This document shows, in pieces, positions 21,410 through 32,278 of a stretch of DNA of 64,000 nt. The position numbers and the translations under genes are program-made. Origin of the DNA: Pelagomonas calceolata (Eukaryota). Every line of letters begins with the position of its first letter. Position 1 is the first letter of the stretch. Location: positions 3,844,001-3,908,000 of the forward strand of contig CAKKNE010000001.1 in assembly GCA_918797485.1 (NCBI GenBank). Reading direction: 5' to 3'. The notes under the pieces were generated by a model. That model was given only the letters and a program-made list of their open reading frames with translations. It was not told where the DNA came from and did not search any database.

Positions 21410-21708
21410 GAATGGACTAAAAACACAACCAACGTCTCGCTTTGCTCTAAATGCTGGATGGTCGCCGAACGCAATTTTGCGGACTAGCGTATGTAAACAC
21501 ACTAGAGCGGCTGAAACCGCTTTGCTCCGGAACGCGATTGTTTGCCCTCTGACTGCTGTTAAACGCTTCATCAACGCTGCCGTTCTTTTCCGAAGACCAC
21601 GAATTTGCACTCACGGCAATTTCACAACTGCTGCCTTGCGTGCGAGGCCAAAATCTGAGGAGCACGAGTTTGGACCATTTTGACCACGCCCATCACATCG
21701 CATAAACA

Positions 21709-23322
21709 ATGCTCGTCGACCTCTACGCCGCGCCCTACACGGCAGCAGCTCTGATAACCACCACGGTCCTCGCGCTGCTCTACGGCCGCGAGCGCAAGAA
21801 GACGAAGCGACCCCACTGTCGTGATGTGCGCCTGCCGGGCGGCGAGAAATGCGTGGTTTCTGGTGTAGCCTTGGGCCTCCCGGGAACTAGAAGAAGGGTC
21901 TTCGACCCGAGCAATTTCGCAGTCCTAAGGGAAGGCACAAATTTACTAGAAAAGGTCGACGAAGCAGGCGTCAAGGCCATGTTAAGGAGGAATGTGGCAA
22001 GACTACGCAAGGAGCACGGCAAGGCCACGAAATTGCCGATCACGCAGGAGAATAATATAGCCGTGTCCGCGCGGCTCGGCGTCTTCGACCTTTGTCGGGA
22101 TTACGGCGTTCCCGAGCCATTGGTAAAGACCATGGGCCGCGCGACGCAGCTCGCCGTCGCTGCGGGCTTGGAATGCATGAAGGACGCCGGGCTGATTCCT
22201 TCTGTGGATGGGCAGCTCCCCGAAAGCCTCCGGGACGGCACGGGGATTATCTATGCGACGTCGTTCCCAGCCTTAGATGCCGCCATCGGCGAGATCTCGA
22301 AGTACGGCGATCCTAGAAGGCGACCTACTTCCGAGTTAATAGATGCTCTGGCAACACGCATAGACCCGGAAAATCAAGATCTACAGGCCGCTCTACATCT
22401 GTTAAGAGCCAAGGCCCAGGAGTGCCAGAAGCCCTATGCGTTCGATCGGAAGTTCCTGTTCAAGGTTTTATGTTTGGCGAATTCGCAGCTGGCGCAGCTC
22501 GTGAAAGCGCGCGGTCCCAACCTCCAAACGAACGCCGCGTGCGCCGGGACGACGCAAGCCGTAGCCTTAGCCCAAGATCTCATAAGAGCGGGCCGCTGCG
22601 ACCGGGTTGTTGTGGTGAGTGGAGACGACGCGTCGGGCGACGCGCTCATGCCGTGGGTGGGCAACGGCTTTGCGGCGCTCGGGGCGGCGTCGATCGCGAA
22701 GGACGCTTCGTCGATAGCGCGACCCTTCGATAAAAGGCGGTCGGGCATGGTCGTCGGCGCGGGCGCTTGTGGGTTGGTCATCGAGCGCGCTTCCTCGGTG
22801 GGTGCCCGGCAACCACAGCGGCGCGCAAGGTGCCGCGTCGTCGAATCTCTAGTCAGCAATTCAGCGTTCCATGGGGCGGCCATGTGTGCCCAACATATCG
22901 CTACGGAGTTGGAGGCCTTCCTGCAACTCGTCGAACGAAGGCACGGCATTCCTCGGTCAGAAATAGCACGAGGCGTCTACCTGAGCCACGAGACGGGCAC
23001 GCATGCCACACCGTCATCATCTTGCGCGCACAACGAGGTGCAAGCTTTACGGGCGTGCTTCGGGGACGATTTGAATGAACTGCGACTGGTGAACACGAAA
23101 GCGTTGACCGGCCACCCGATGGCCGTCGGCGTCGAGGACGCCGTCGCGGCCTACGCCCTGTCGCGGAACGTGTCGTTCCCGCCCAGACCACCAAACTGCG
23201 TCGCCGACCCGAACCTCGGCTCGTCCCTGAGGTTTGCGGATAGGCGGCCCGCGCGGTACGCGCTGCGCTTCGCGGCGGGGTTCGGAAGCCAGGTCGCGTT
23301 CGTGCTCTACGCTTCTGCTTAA
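21709..23322 (+). CDS. Stand-alone beta-ketoacyl synthase domain protein with N-terminal TM anchor
   Basis: NAACAG (catalytic Cys), RPFD..R.G, SHETGT, NTKALTGH, AGFG. Confidence 0.85.
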   Translation: MLVDLYAAPYTAAALITTTVLALLYGRERKKTKRPHCRDVRLPGGEKCVVSGVALGLPGTRRRVFDPSNFAVLREGTNLLEKVDEAGVKAMLRRNVARLRKEHGKATKLPITQENNIAVSARLGVFDLCRDYGVPEPLVKTMGRATQLAVAAGLECMKDAGLIPSVDGQLPESLRDGTGIIYATSFPALDAAIGEISKYGDPRRRPTSELIDALATRIDPENQDLQAALHLLRAKAQECQKPYAFDRKFLFKVLCLANSQLAQLVKARGPNLQTNAACAGTTQAVALAQDLIRAGRCDRVVVVSGDDASGDALMPWVGNGFAALGAASIAKDASSIARPFDKRRSGMVVGAGACGLVIERASSVGARQPQRRARCRVVESLVSNSAFHGAAMCAQHIATELEAFLQLVERRHGIPRSEIARGVYLSHETGTHATPSSSCAHNEVQALRACFGDDLNELRLVNTKALTGHPMAVGVEDAVAAYALSRNVSFPPRPPNCVADPNLGSSLRFADRRPARYALRFAAGFGSQVAFVLYASA

Positions 23323-23335
23323 CATTACATCACAC

Positions 23336-23674
23336 TTACCAGAGCCCGGCCCCGAAGCCCTCGAACGGCCGCAGCCGGTGCCTCTCAGTTTGTGTGCGCG
23401 GCGGCAAATCTCTGATTGATGGTGCCGTCGCCTCGACGACGACGCTCGCCTTCGCCGGGCCGCCGGCGAGCACGAGCGCGCCCCGCACGTCGACGAGCGC
23501 GTCGTCGCGCACGGCCACGGTCGCGACGGTCGCGTCCTCGAAACGCTCGCAGGCGGCGATCGTCATCGCGTCGCTTAGCGAGGTCCCGTGCGCCGTCTCC
23601 AGCGCCGTGGTGAGGAGCTGTTCGGCGTAGTGCGGTTCGATTGGCGGTGCTAGGGCTATCCTGAGGGCGACCAT
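23336..23674 (-). CDS. Small hypothetical protein, possibly Rpp14/Pop5-like RNase P/MRP subunit
   Basis: 112-aa ATG ORF with a pattern (ALETAHG..VAVR...VRGALVL..ATAPS) loosely resembling Rpp14. Confidence 0.4.
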   Translation of the reverse strand: MVALRIALAPPIEPHYAEQLLTTALETAHGTSLSDAMTIAACERFEDATVATVAVRDDALVDVRGALVLAGGPAKASVVVEATAPSIRDLPPRTQTERHRLRPFEGFGAGLW

Positions 23675-23818
23675 CTAGCTGCTGGCTCCCGCCTTGGCAT
23701 ACACAAAAGTGCTCGCAGTACGATCTTCTACAGCATAGATAACCACGAATTACCGAGTCTTAGCCGCGAACTGCAGGCCTTGCTTAGTTAGCGCTGGCCA
23801 AAGTTCAGCTTGGTGTTT

Positions 23819-23840
23819 GCTAGTGTGTTACACCGCTAGC
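23819..23840. promoter_or_regulatory. Bipartite CTAG promoter-associated motif
   Basis: GCTAGTGTGTTACACCGCTAGC between divergent genes. Confidence 0.55.
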
Positions 23841-24028
23841 TAGCCATTTTGGCATAAGAAGATTTGCCTGCCATTTGTTGCGTCTGAAGGACTTAGGAGG
23901 CTGTGCGCTTCTTTATCTCTCGCATACTTTCGAGCGGATAGCTGTCACTTGCGTTTGACAGCACAAGAGCGTCTATAAGAGGCAGTGAAGATCTTTGCAA
24001 ACAAGGAGGCAGTGAGACAGCGGAGGCA

Positions 24029-24984
24029 ATGAGGACATCTATCATAGTAGCAGCCCTGCTGCAACACGCTCTGTCCTTCTTCGCCCCGCCCGTACGAGTC
24101 GCACCGTCGCTGCGTGTAAAGTCGGCAACGCGGGCCACGCCCGACGACGACGCGACCGCTACGGCAGTGGAGGACGCCGTCGCTGCGGTAGAGGACGACG
24201 CGACGCCGAAGCGACGCCCGCTTCGCAACCTATGGCGGCGGATTAGGCGAAAAAAAACGGAGGAGCCTTCTGAGCCCGAGCCCAAGCAGCCGCCCCTAAA
24301 GGTCGGCGAGACTGTCGTGGTCGAGGCGACGGGCCGGAGCGGCAAGGTGAGCCTCGTCGCGGCGAACGGGTGGTGTCAAGTGACTTATGATGACGAGGAG
24401 TGCGAGGGCCAGACGGAGACGCTGCAGTGCCCCGACCTCATGCGCGAGGAGGCGGCCCTCGCAGAGACGATAGACGCGGAGGTGTCGGACTTCGACGAGG
24501 TCCTCATCAAGTGGGGGTTCGTCAGTAACTGCGTGGAAATCAAATTTCAGGCGCCCCACGCCATCGACGCGACGTAGTTCGCGTAACTCACTGGTCGATT
24601 TCTATACAGAAGGAGGACCCGCGCATCCCGGAGGAGTGTCGGGTCGACCAGATGACCCGCATAAAGGACAGCGGACAAGCCGGCGTCATCGCCTACGCGA
24701 TCACGGAAGCTGGTTTTTGGGTCGGCAGCGTGCCGTTCGCCCTCGGCGCCGCGTACGTCGCGACGGGCGAGATCCCGGACTGGACGACCGAGGAGGGCAA
24801 GACGGCATTGGGCGGCTACGCCTTCGTGCTGATCAACTTCGCGCGGCTGATCGTGCCCGCGCGGATAGCCCTGGCGCTGGCGTTCGCGCCGTGGGTGGAC
24901 GAGAACATCGTGAAGCGGATCAATCCACCGGACCCGGCGGACTTGCCTGAGGACTGCGTCGTCGAGGAGGCGGGTGCGGAGTAA
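24029..24984 (+). CDS. Plastid-targeted membrane protein (C-terminal FAM210/DUF1279-like); intron 24521-24609
   Basis: ALSFFAP presequence; a GT-AG intron joins ORFs 24029 and 24652 in frame (WGF|KED); C-terminal PARIALALAFAP. Confidence 0.75.
24529..24609. mobile_element. Introner element (TSD not recognisable)
   Basis: TIR-like CTGCGTGGAAATC/GATTTCTATACAG; interior very similar to the 48656 copy. Confidence 0.8.
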
Positions 24985-25004
24985 TGTATACTTATCCTAC
25001 GAAT

Positions 25005-25026
25005 GCTAGTGTCTTACAGAGCTAGC
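25005..25026. promoter_or_regulatory. Bipartite CTAG promoter-associated motif
   Basis: GCTAGTGTCTTACAGAGCTAGC about 100 bp upstream of the FKBP ATG. Confidence 0.55.
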
Positions 25027-25127
25027 TCGCAGAGCGCGCACCACCTTGCACTCTGTCCTGTCAGAGCTTGCAGGCACATCTCGGTGCTTGGCTGTTCGTG
25101 GTTTGACTGCTGCAGCCGCATACTACC

Positions 25128-25724
25128 ATGGCGCGCCTTTGCATTGCACTCATGTCGACGGCATATGCATTGACACCGCGACGCGGCGTGCTTGTTGGCA
25201 CCGGCAGCACTCTTGCATCAGCGCTCGCACCGCCAGCGTTCGCGCGCGACGAACAGATGCTGCGGGTCGGCCAGGAGCAACCGTTGACGGACCGCGACAA
25301 CGTGCAGTTCCAGACGCTCTCGAGCGGCGTCAAGGTTCAACAATTAAGGCCCGGCGACGGCGCATCAGTCGGCCGCTCGTCGACGATCGCCGTGGAAGCG
25401 ACGGGTCGGCTCCTAAACTTGAACGGCGTGCAGTTTTATTCAACGAAACGCCTCGCCGGCGCCGACGCGCTCGGCGGCGCCGAACAAATCTTGCGGCTCG
25501 GCACCGGGTCGGTGGTGCCCGGACTCGAACAGGGCCTCCAGGGCGCCAAGAAGAACGAGATCCGACGCATCATCGTGCCCTCGAACCTCGGCTACTCCGA
25601 GACGACGGACCTCGAGCCCGTCCCGCCGACGATCGAGGACAAACGCGCCCTCGACAGCGTGCTGCGGAACCCACGCCGCGACGCGGCGCTGCTCTTCGAC
25701 GTGAAGATTTTGCGCGTGAAGTAG
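25128..25724 (+). CDS. FKBP-type peptidyl-prolyl isomerase, likely thylakoid lumen
   Basis: Signal peptide, twin-Arg (PRRG), AFA cleavage site; VVPGLEQGL, RRIIVPSNLGY, LLFDVK. Confidence 0.88.
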   Translation: MARLCIALMSTAYALTPRRGVLVGTGSTLASALAPPAFARDEQMLRVGQEQPLTDRDNVQFQTLSSGVKVQQLRPGDGASVGRSSTIAVEATGRLLNLNGVQFYSTKRLAGADALGGAEQILRLGTGSVVPGLEQGLQGAKKNEIRRIIVPSNLGYSETTDLEPVPPTIEDKRALDSVLRNPRRDAALLFDVKILRVK

Positions 25725-25765
25725 TAGGCTAAGTAGACATTACTCAGTCCTCCTGAAAGGAGGTC

Positions 25766-26407
25766 TTACCCACCCACGCCGTCGCAGCAAGTCGGCGCGT
25801 TCTGCGGGCACGGCCCCGGACACCCCCGCGAGAACGACACGTACGACGTCCAGAGCAGCGACGCCGCCGCCGTGACTGGAACCCGGGCCCAAAGTGGCGA
25901 AAATAAAAAGTTCGCCGTCTGCACCGGCACCCAGAACGACCAGATCGCCGGCACGTCCTCGCGCCACCGCTCCCGAAACTTCGCGAGGCCATCAATCGCG
26001 CGGCCGCCTTGGTAGAGGCTCTGGACCGCGTAGAAGGAGGGAAAATAGAGCAACGCGTTGTTCAAGACGTTCTCGATGGCCACCTGGCCGCCGACGGCTC
26101 GCAGGCCGGCGGCCGACCGGAGGCGCTCCCGGACCGGCAGAACGAGGAATGCGTCGACATTGGGGAAGAGGCGCGGCATCACGCGATTGTAGAGGTAGTA
26201 CTGCCAGCACCCGGTAAAACCGAAGCAGAACGTCGTGAACACCGCCACGCGTTTTATGTCGATCTCGTCGCAGCGGCGGCCCTCAACACACGTCTGGATC
26301 ATGCAATCGGCCGTCGCGGCCTTAAGCGTCGCGGCCGACGCGCCGACGGCGAACGGGTGCGCCCGCGCGAACGCCGTCACGGACAGTGCGGGCAGGGACA
26401 AAGCCAT
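25766..26407 (-). CDS. Mpv17/PMP22 family membrane protein
   Basis: HPF...KAATAD..Q, D.KR..F, W.FWVPVQ..NF..P..RVP. Confidence 0.85.
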   Translation of the reverse strand: MALSLPALSVTAFARAHPFAVGASAATLKAATADCMIQTCVEGRRCDEIDIKRVAVFTTFCFGFTGCWQYYLYNRVMPRLFPNVDAFLVLPVRERLRSAAGLRAVGGQVAIENVLNNALLYFPSFYAVQSLYQGGRAIDGLAKFRERWREDVPAIWSFWVPVQTANFLFSPLWARVPVTAAASLLWTSYVSFSRGCPGPCPQNAPTCCDGVGG

Positions 26408-26744
26408 ATGTATTAATGCTTCGGCGTGTTCTGTGTCAACGACGCTTCCGCGTGTGGCGTTTTCGTCGACGAGCGGCGCGTCACAGACGAGCGAGGAGGC
26501 TTGGTTACTGTCTTGACTTTGGCTGTGAGAGAAGACTTGGGTTGTTTCCAACTCTTCGCGCTGGAGCGTCGCGTCAATGAACTCTTAGGCGGCATGTCCA
26601 ATCGCCGCGAAACGTAAGCGTGAAATACCTTGCACAACTCGACCAAAAGAGCAAGCCTCGACTGTGCCAAAACAGGTTTATCGCTCCGCACGCGAAGAAC
26701 GAACGAACGAACAAAGGACCCATACAATAAGTTACACGAGAGAG

Positions 26745-27861
26745 CTAGCGGCTGGCCGCCGGCGCGATGAGTGACCCGAGCGCGTCGAAGTTCCGCGCGA
26801 GCTGCTTCTCCGCGAGCCGCGCCGCGAGCTTCGTGCCGAACAGCCGCAGGTCGTCCCGCCGTTCATTCACGACCGGCGACAGGGCCCGCAGCTGCCGCAA
26901 GACGGACGCGGACGTCCGCGACGGCGCGACCGACGACAAATCTACGTTGTTGTCGTTTCTCAGCAGGAACGCGACCAATTTCCGAGCGTTTTCGATGGCC
27001 GCTCTATCGTCGTCATCCGCAGGTGGCTGTAACTTCGCCAAGAACGTCGTCACGCGCGGGCTTGCTAAAGGTGGCCGCGGAATCGGCAGCGTCGCGCGCG
27101 CCCCGGCATCGATGCTCTTGACGAGTTCATCCAACAAAAACTCGCGAAATACTTCCCCATCTTCGCCGAAGAAGAAGGCTAACGCGTCTCTGGCCGCGTC
27201 CTCGTCCTGCGGCACTATTGATCTGTCAAGGATAGGAGCGTCCGCCTCTCGGACCAAACCCGTCTCTCTACTCTCGGAAATGACGATGTCCACATCCCTA
27301 TCCGCGAGCTTCTTCACGGCGGCGAACCGTTCTAAGGCTCCTAACATATCAATCACTCGGTCGACGTCAAATCTTTCCGACTGCCCGTAGACCATGTACT
27401 TCAGAGCAGCTCTCAGTCTTGGTGAGGTATCCGTCAGCAATCGACGAGAGATGTAGGGGTAGGCTTCGTCCACGATCGCGAAGCCCGGGTCGCCCACTAG
27501 GGCAATGCCCTCGAGCACGCCGATCGCGCGAATCACCAGCGCGAAATACGGCGGAATGCGAAAGGGAAACGTGAACGTGATCTCCGCCAAGTCGGCAGCG
27601 AGATCATTAAAATTGATGGCCTTGGCGCCGCCGCCCGCGAGGGCCGCGTCGAAGACCCGAGCGAGCGCCGGTACGATGGGCTTGACGTCTGTACCCTCGG
27701 GGATGAAATCTAGGTTCACAAAGTCGTCGCCAATCCGATCGTAGTCCCTATGTATCAAATGGGCGATGGCCTCGATCATGCCATATCTTTGATCGTCCGT
27801 CACCTCCGTCATGAGGCCAAAGTCCAAAATGACCAACCGCCCGTCGGGAGCTCGTAACATG

Positions 27862-27892
<31 letters not shown>

Positions 27893-29006
27893 CCGTATCT
27901 AACAATTGTGTGAGATAGGTCACCACACCTAAATTCACGAGCTCCGCCACATCGTCCGCTGTACTTTGTGAGAGTTTTTCCCCGTCGACCCACTCGGCCA
28001 CATGGACTCGTCTAGTAGTCACCTCGGGGTAGTTCTTCGGGATCAACACTCGTGGTAAGTTCTTCATGTCCTCCCTGACCCTTTCACCGTTCTCGCACTC
28101 CAATACATAGTCCAGTTCGCCGTAGAAGCGTCCCGCGAACTCATCTAACAAATCAATCACATCTAACCTCTCGGTAACGAAGCTAGGCGCAAAGTTTCGT
28201 AACCCAATACCCAACTGCCGTGCCAGATACAGATCCAACGACACCGTCTCGAGCACGAAGGGCCGTTGTACCTTTACCGCCACCTCGTCACCTGTTGATC
28301 GTAGAGTAGCTTTATATACTTGCCCTAGGGATGCCGCCGCGACGGGCTCCGGCGTGATCTCGGAGAAGACGTCTTTCACTGAGTTGACATTTAATTCCTC
28401 ACAAATGGTCGCAAACGCTAAATCAGATGGGAAGGAAGGTACCTTGTCGCATAGCTGCTGTAATTCGACCATGGCTCGCGGCGAGAGAATATCAGGTCTG
28501 ATACTGAGAGCTTGGCCCAACTTGATGAAGAACGGTCCCAGCGAGACGATAGTGCGGCGTAGTTGGGCCGCCCTTGCGACTTCCGCTTCTTCCAGCTTGC
28601 CACGGGCGGCATCCCACGCTAGACCAGTCAAGTATGAAGCTGAGGTGGAAACAACCTGCAACACACGAGAAAAGACCGCGCCCGGCCGCTTCCCGAAGTA
28701 GTCAGCTAAAGCCTCGGGGTCGTACGTTGTGGGCAAGTCCTTCTCGCCCTCGCGCATCTCGACGACCTTCATCCTCACGTTCGCGTCCTGGAAGTCGTCT
28801 TCGTTCGTATTGGCGCCCCGCAGCGCCTGCATGACGAGCTTCGTCTGCTCGTCCTCCTCCATGAGCTTGCGCTGCTCGCGCATCATGTCCGACATCTCCT
28901 TGACTGATGTAGAGTGTAGCTTTGTGTTGTGCGGCCTCGGGATGGGGGCCAGCAGGGCCGTGGCCAAGCTCGTGAGCAGCGCCGCGACGGCGTATCGACG
29001 AGCCAT
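26745..29006 (-). CDS. ABC1/UbiB atypical kinase, plastid-targeted
   Basis: LGPFFIKLGQ, AAASLGQVY, VAVKVQRP, ELDY..E, FFHADPHPGN, LDFGL. Confidence 0.93.
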
Positions 29007-29329
29007 TTTCGCGCGCAGGCTGGCTCAGACGGTCAAGTCCGTCACCAGGAACGAGCGCTTGCCAGCCGTGCGCAGCCTCGCGGGCCGCCAGCACACGGAG
29101 ATGGTGGGACAGCTCACTTTTAGCATTTTTAGCAAACTGAGGCTTTTAGCAAACAAAGGACCCACGACCTCCTGCGGCGGCCGCATGACGAGCAGAGGAT
29201 CCTGGGAGGCACCCGGACGAGCGGTCCTCCAGTCGTGGTCCGTCGGCACCGCGGGGCGCGGCGTCGTCGTCACCGTCGTCACGCTGTCGACGCAAGATTA
29301 ACCCAAGCAATTCTTACAGCACCCGAACC

Positions 29330-30592
29330 CTACACGAGCGCCGCCAACGCCTCGACGCTGCGGTCCTCGGACTCGTACTTCGTCGCCTTGCCGCCCTTGA
29401 TCACGTTGATCGTCGGGAACGACTCCGTGTTGAATTTCGACTGGACGAAGTCGCGATCCTCGTCGCCGCGGTATTTCGCGACCGTAATACCCTTGGCAGC
29501 GGCATCGGCGGCGAACTTTTCGTAGGCCTCCTCCATGCCCTGGCAGAACTGGCACCAGGGGGCGTAGACGACCATGACGCCGTCCTTCATCGCTAAGGCG
29601 TCTTCCTGCGACGCGAGCTCCTTGACGGCACCACCTTCCCACAAATCACGATCGAAGGTCTTCTCGGCGCCGGCGACGTGGATGCCGCACTCCGTCTTCG
29701 TCGAGCCGTCCTTGTTGACCAAGCCGACGAAGCGGCCCTTGCGCTCGTTCCCATAGTCGAGCCAGATGGCCTTGTCGCCCGTCCACTTGCCGTCGACGAA
29801 CTTGACGCTACCGGCGGCGCCCTGGAAGCCCGACAGACCATCGGGGTCCGGCACGGGCACCGTGTCCTTCTCGTCGCCCTGCGACGGGTAGCCCAGCGCC
29901 ACCGTCGGGTGGAGCGGCACGCCGTTCGCCGCCGCGTAGTCGAAGCAGTCCTCGAGCGTCCAGTACGCGAGAGGATTGAGCTTGGCCAACCCTCCACCGA
30001 TCGGCGCGACCTCCGCGATGTCGATGTAGGCGCGCTCGGCGCCGTGGTCCCGACGCCTCCCGTTGATCATCACATCGGTATTGAGCGTCTTGAGGCCGCG
30101 CTGGAAGGGCTCGACCTTGCAGATCTTGTCGTACTGCTCGACGTCGGCCACCCACAACTTATCACCGTACTTCTTGAGGTAGACATCCTTGTTCTCGCAG
30201 TCGGCCGGCCCAAAAATCTCGGCCTTGAAATTGTACTTCTTTTCTAAATCAGCTAAGAACGGCATCGTGCTATCAAACAAGTGGAACGTGTCGACGACCA
30301 TCACCTTCACTTTGCCGGACTCGAGGTAGCCTAATTTACCGAGTAAGTGCGTGATCACGCAGTCGCCGACGATCATGGCGTTCGGGAAGACGGCGCGCTC
30401 AAAGTTGTCGGCGGCGAGCGTCAGAGCTTCCAACGACTGGGCCTCGAGGTGCGCGAGGCGGTCGGCCTTGGCCTTCTCGATCATGGCCTCGGTCGTGATC
30501 GCCTTGAGCGGCGTCGCGGGCGCGCGCGGCGCTACCGGCGCCATGAAGGCAGCAGCATTGCTGAGGAGTGCTAAAGCCACCACGAGCTTCAT
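29330..30592 (-). CDS. Plastid APS reductase, APR-B type, with C-terminal thioredoxin-like domain
   Basis: AAAFMAP presequence; VDTFHLF, YDKICKVEP, GRRRD, KLNPLAYW, GYPSQGD, TECGIH; YAPWCQFC. Confidence 0.88.
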   Translation of the reverse strand: MKLVVALALLSNAAAFMAPVAPRAPATPLKAITTEAMIEKAKADRLAHLEAQSLEALTLAADNFERAVFPNAMIVGDCVITHLLGKLGYLESGKVKVMVVDTFHLFDSTMPFLADLEKKYNFKAEIFGPADCENKDVYLKKYGDKLWVADVEQYDKICKVEPFQRGLKTLNTDVMINGRRRDHGAERAYIDIAEVAPIGGGLAKLNPLAYWTLEDCFDYAAANGVPLHPTVALGYPSQGDEKDTVPVPDPDGLSGFQGAAGSVKFVDGKWTGDKAIWLDYGNERKGRFVGLVNKDGSTKTECGIHVAGAEKTFDRDLWEGGAVKELASQEDALAMKDGVMVVYAPWCQFCQGMEEAYEKFAADAAAKGITVAKYRGDEDRDFVQSKFNTESFPTINVIKGGKATKYESEDRSVEALAALV

Positions 30593-30820
30593 CGTTGCTG
30601 CTACTTTTTGCTAGCGTTTGACTGCTGCTGCTTTAGAGTTGCAAGAACGGCTCCGAGAGTCCCTTTTCGCAATCCGTACGACGCGGCGTGTGGCACCAGG
30701 ACGATGCTACGACTGCGGCGATATGGATCCGCTGCGAGTCGATGAAACGTAGAAGAGGCATGCAGCGGCCCTCCCGAGGGCTCGGTAGTTCGATCCAGAC
30801 GGCTCTTTCGGAACCGGGCT

Positions 30821-30839
30821 CTAGCTGTGAGACACTAGC
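30821..30839. promoter_or_regulatory. Short variant of the bipartite CTAG motif
   Basis: CTAGCTGTGAGACACTAGC between divergent genes. Confidence 0.45.
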
Positions 30840-31060
30840 CAAGCAAAAGCGGCAGAGGCACAGAGTTTAAGCTTGCACGTCGTCGCGCTCATTGCAGGCG
30901 CGACTCGTTTTAGCAGCACAGATCACTCGGCGCAACCAGCTCGCGTGAAGGCCGCTGCGGCAACCGTGTACTGAACGCTCTCCGAGAGTGCTCAGCCTCG
31001 CTGCCTAGCAACGCGGCGCAGGATCGTTGCACCACCGCACCGCTCGAAGGAAGCACCATC

Positions 31061-32272
31061 ATGGCACCCGCCGCCGCCACCGACGAAGAGAAAGCCAAGA
31101 AAGCCGCGGAAAAGGCCCGCCGCAAGGCCGAGTTCGAGGCGAAGCGCGCCAAGGAGGGCAATCCGCCGAAGAAAAAACAACTTTCCAAAGCTGAGAGAAG
31201 AGAACTCCAGGAGAAGCAGCGCGCGGACAAGGAGGCCAAGAAGAACCCCAAGCCCAAAGCTGACAAGCCGCCGCCGCCGCCCGTCGAACGACCGACGACG
31301 ATCCTCGGCCACCTGACGAAGGCGACTTCCTCGACGCCACCGGCGGACGGCGTGCCGGCATCTATCGTGGAATTAGGTCAGAAATATGCTGCCGGCGAAT
31401 TTGATGGTTCGAATGATAGATGTCGAAGCCTGCTCGACGCCGTCCGGACGAGCATCAAGGACTACGCGCCGCCTCCGGACGCCGCGGCGGCGCGCGATTT
31501 GGACGTGAAGCTCAAATCATGGGCTTCATACTTAGAAAAGTGCCGCGAGCCGACGGCGTCGACGCTCGCGGCTCTGAAACGTTTAAGGTTGGTAGCATCA
31601 ACACTGCCGCCGGACATCTCGCCATCGGAAGCGCAGGCGGCCGTGGAGACTTGTTGTGACCGGTTTAGGGAGGAGCGCGTGGAATTAGCTGTAAGAGAGA
31701 TCGGGCGGCGGGGCGCCCAAAAGATTCGAGATGGAGACGTGGTCGTGGCCTACGGCTATGCGGACGCCGTCGAGGCCCTGTTCTCCGAAGCGGTTGGGCG
31801 AAACTTCGAGGTCGTCGTCGTCGATTCAGCACCAGCATTCGCCGGTAGAAGGTTGCTGAACGCCCTCTACGCGAAACGCGTGCGCACGACCTACGTGCGA
31901 CTCACGGCGGCGGCCCCAGAAATCGAACGGGCGACGCTCGTCGTGTTGGGTGCGGACGCGGTGTTTAGTAATGGCTCCATACTGGCCCGGTCGGGCGCCT
32001 TCGCCGTCGCGGCGCTGGCGCAACGGCGGCACGTGCCCGTGCTCGTGACGTGCGAGGCCTACAAGTGCCACGACCGCGTGCGCTTGGATGCGGCGGACGC
32101 GAACGAGCTCTTCGAGTTTCCTTCTTCGGATGATACGCCGCCCCTCACGCACCTGACCTACGACGTGACTCCCGCCTCATATGTGTCGGCGGTCGCGACG
32201 GAGCACGGGCTCCTGCCGCCCAGCGCTGTTGCTGCTTTAATTCGCGAGCTCGCGGAAAAGGAGACCGCCTAA
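31061..32272 (+). CDS. EIF2B4: Translation initiation factor eIF2B subunit delta
   Basis: LSKAERRELQEKQRA.K, GSN.RC, VVVDSAP, LGADAV.SNG, CEAYK, YDVTP, TEHG. Confidence 0.88.
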   Translation: MAPAAATDEEKAKKAAEKARRKAEFEAKRAKEGNPPKKKQLSKAERRELQEKQRADKEAKKNPKPKADKPPPPPVERPTTILGHLTKATSSTPPADGVPASIVELGQKYAAGEFDGSNDRCRSLLDAVRTSIKDYAPPPDAAAARDLDVKLKSWASYLEKCREPTASTLAALKRLRLVASTLPPDISPSEAQAAVETCCDRFREERVELAVREIGRRGAQKIRDGDVVVAYGYADAVEALFSEAVGRNFEVVVVDSAPAFAGRRLLNALYAKRVRTTYVRLTAAAPEIERATLVVLGADAVFSNGSILARSGAFAVAALAQRRHVPVLVTCEAYKCHDRVRLDAADANELFEFPSSDDTPPLTHLTYDVTPASYVSAVATEHGLLPPSAVAALIRELAEKETA

Positions 32273-32278
32273 GTAGTA

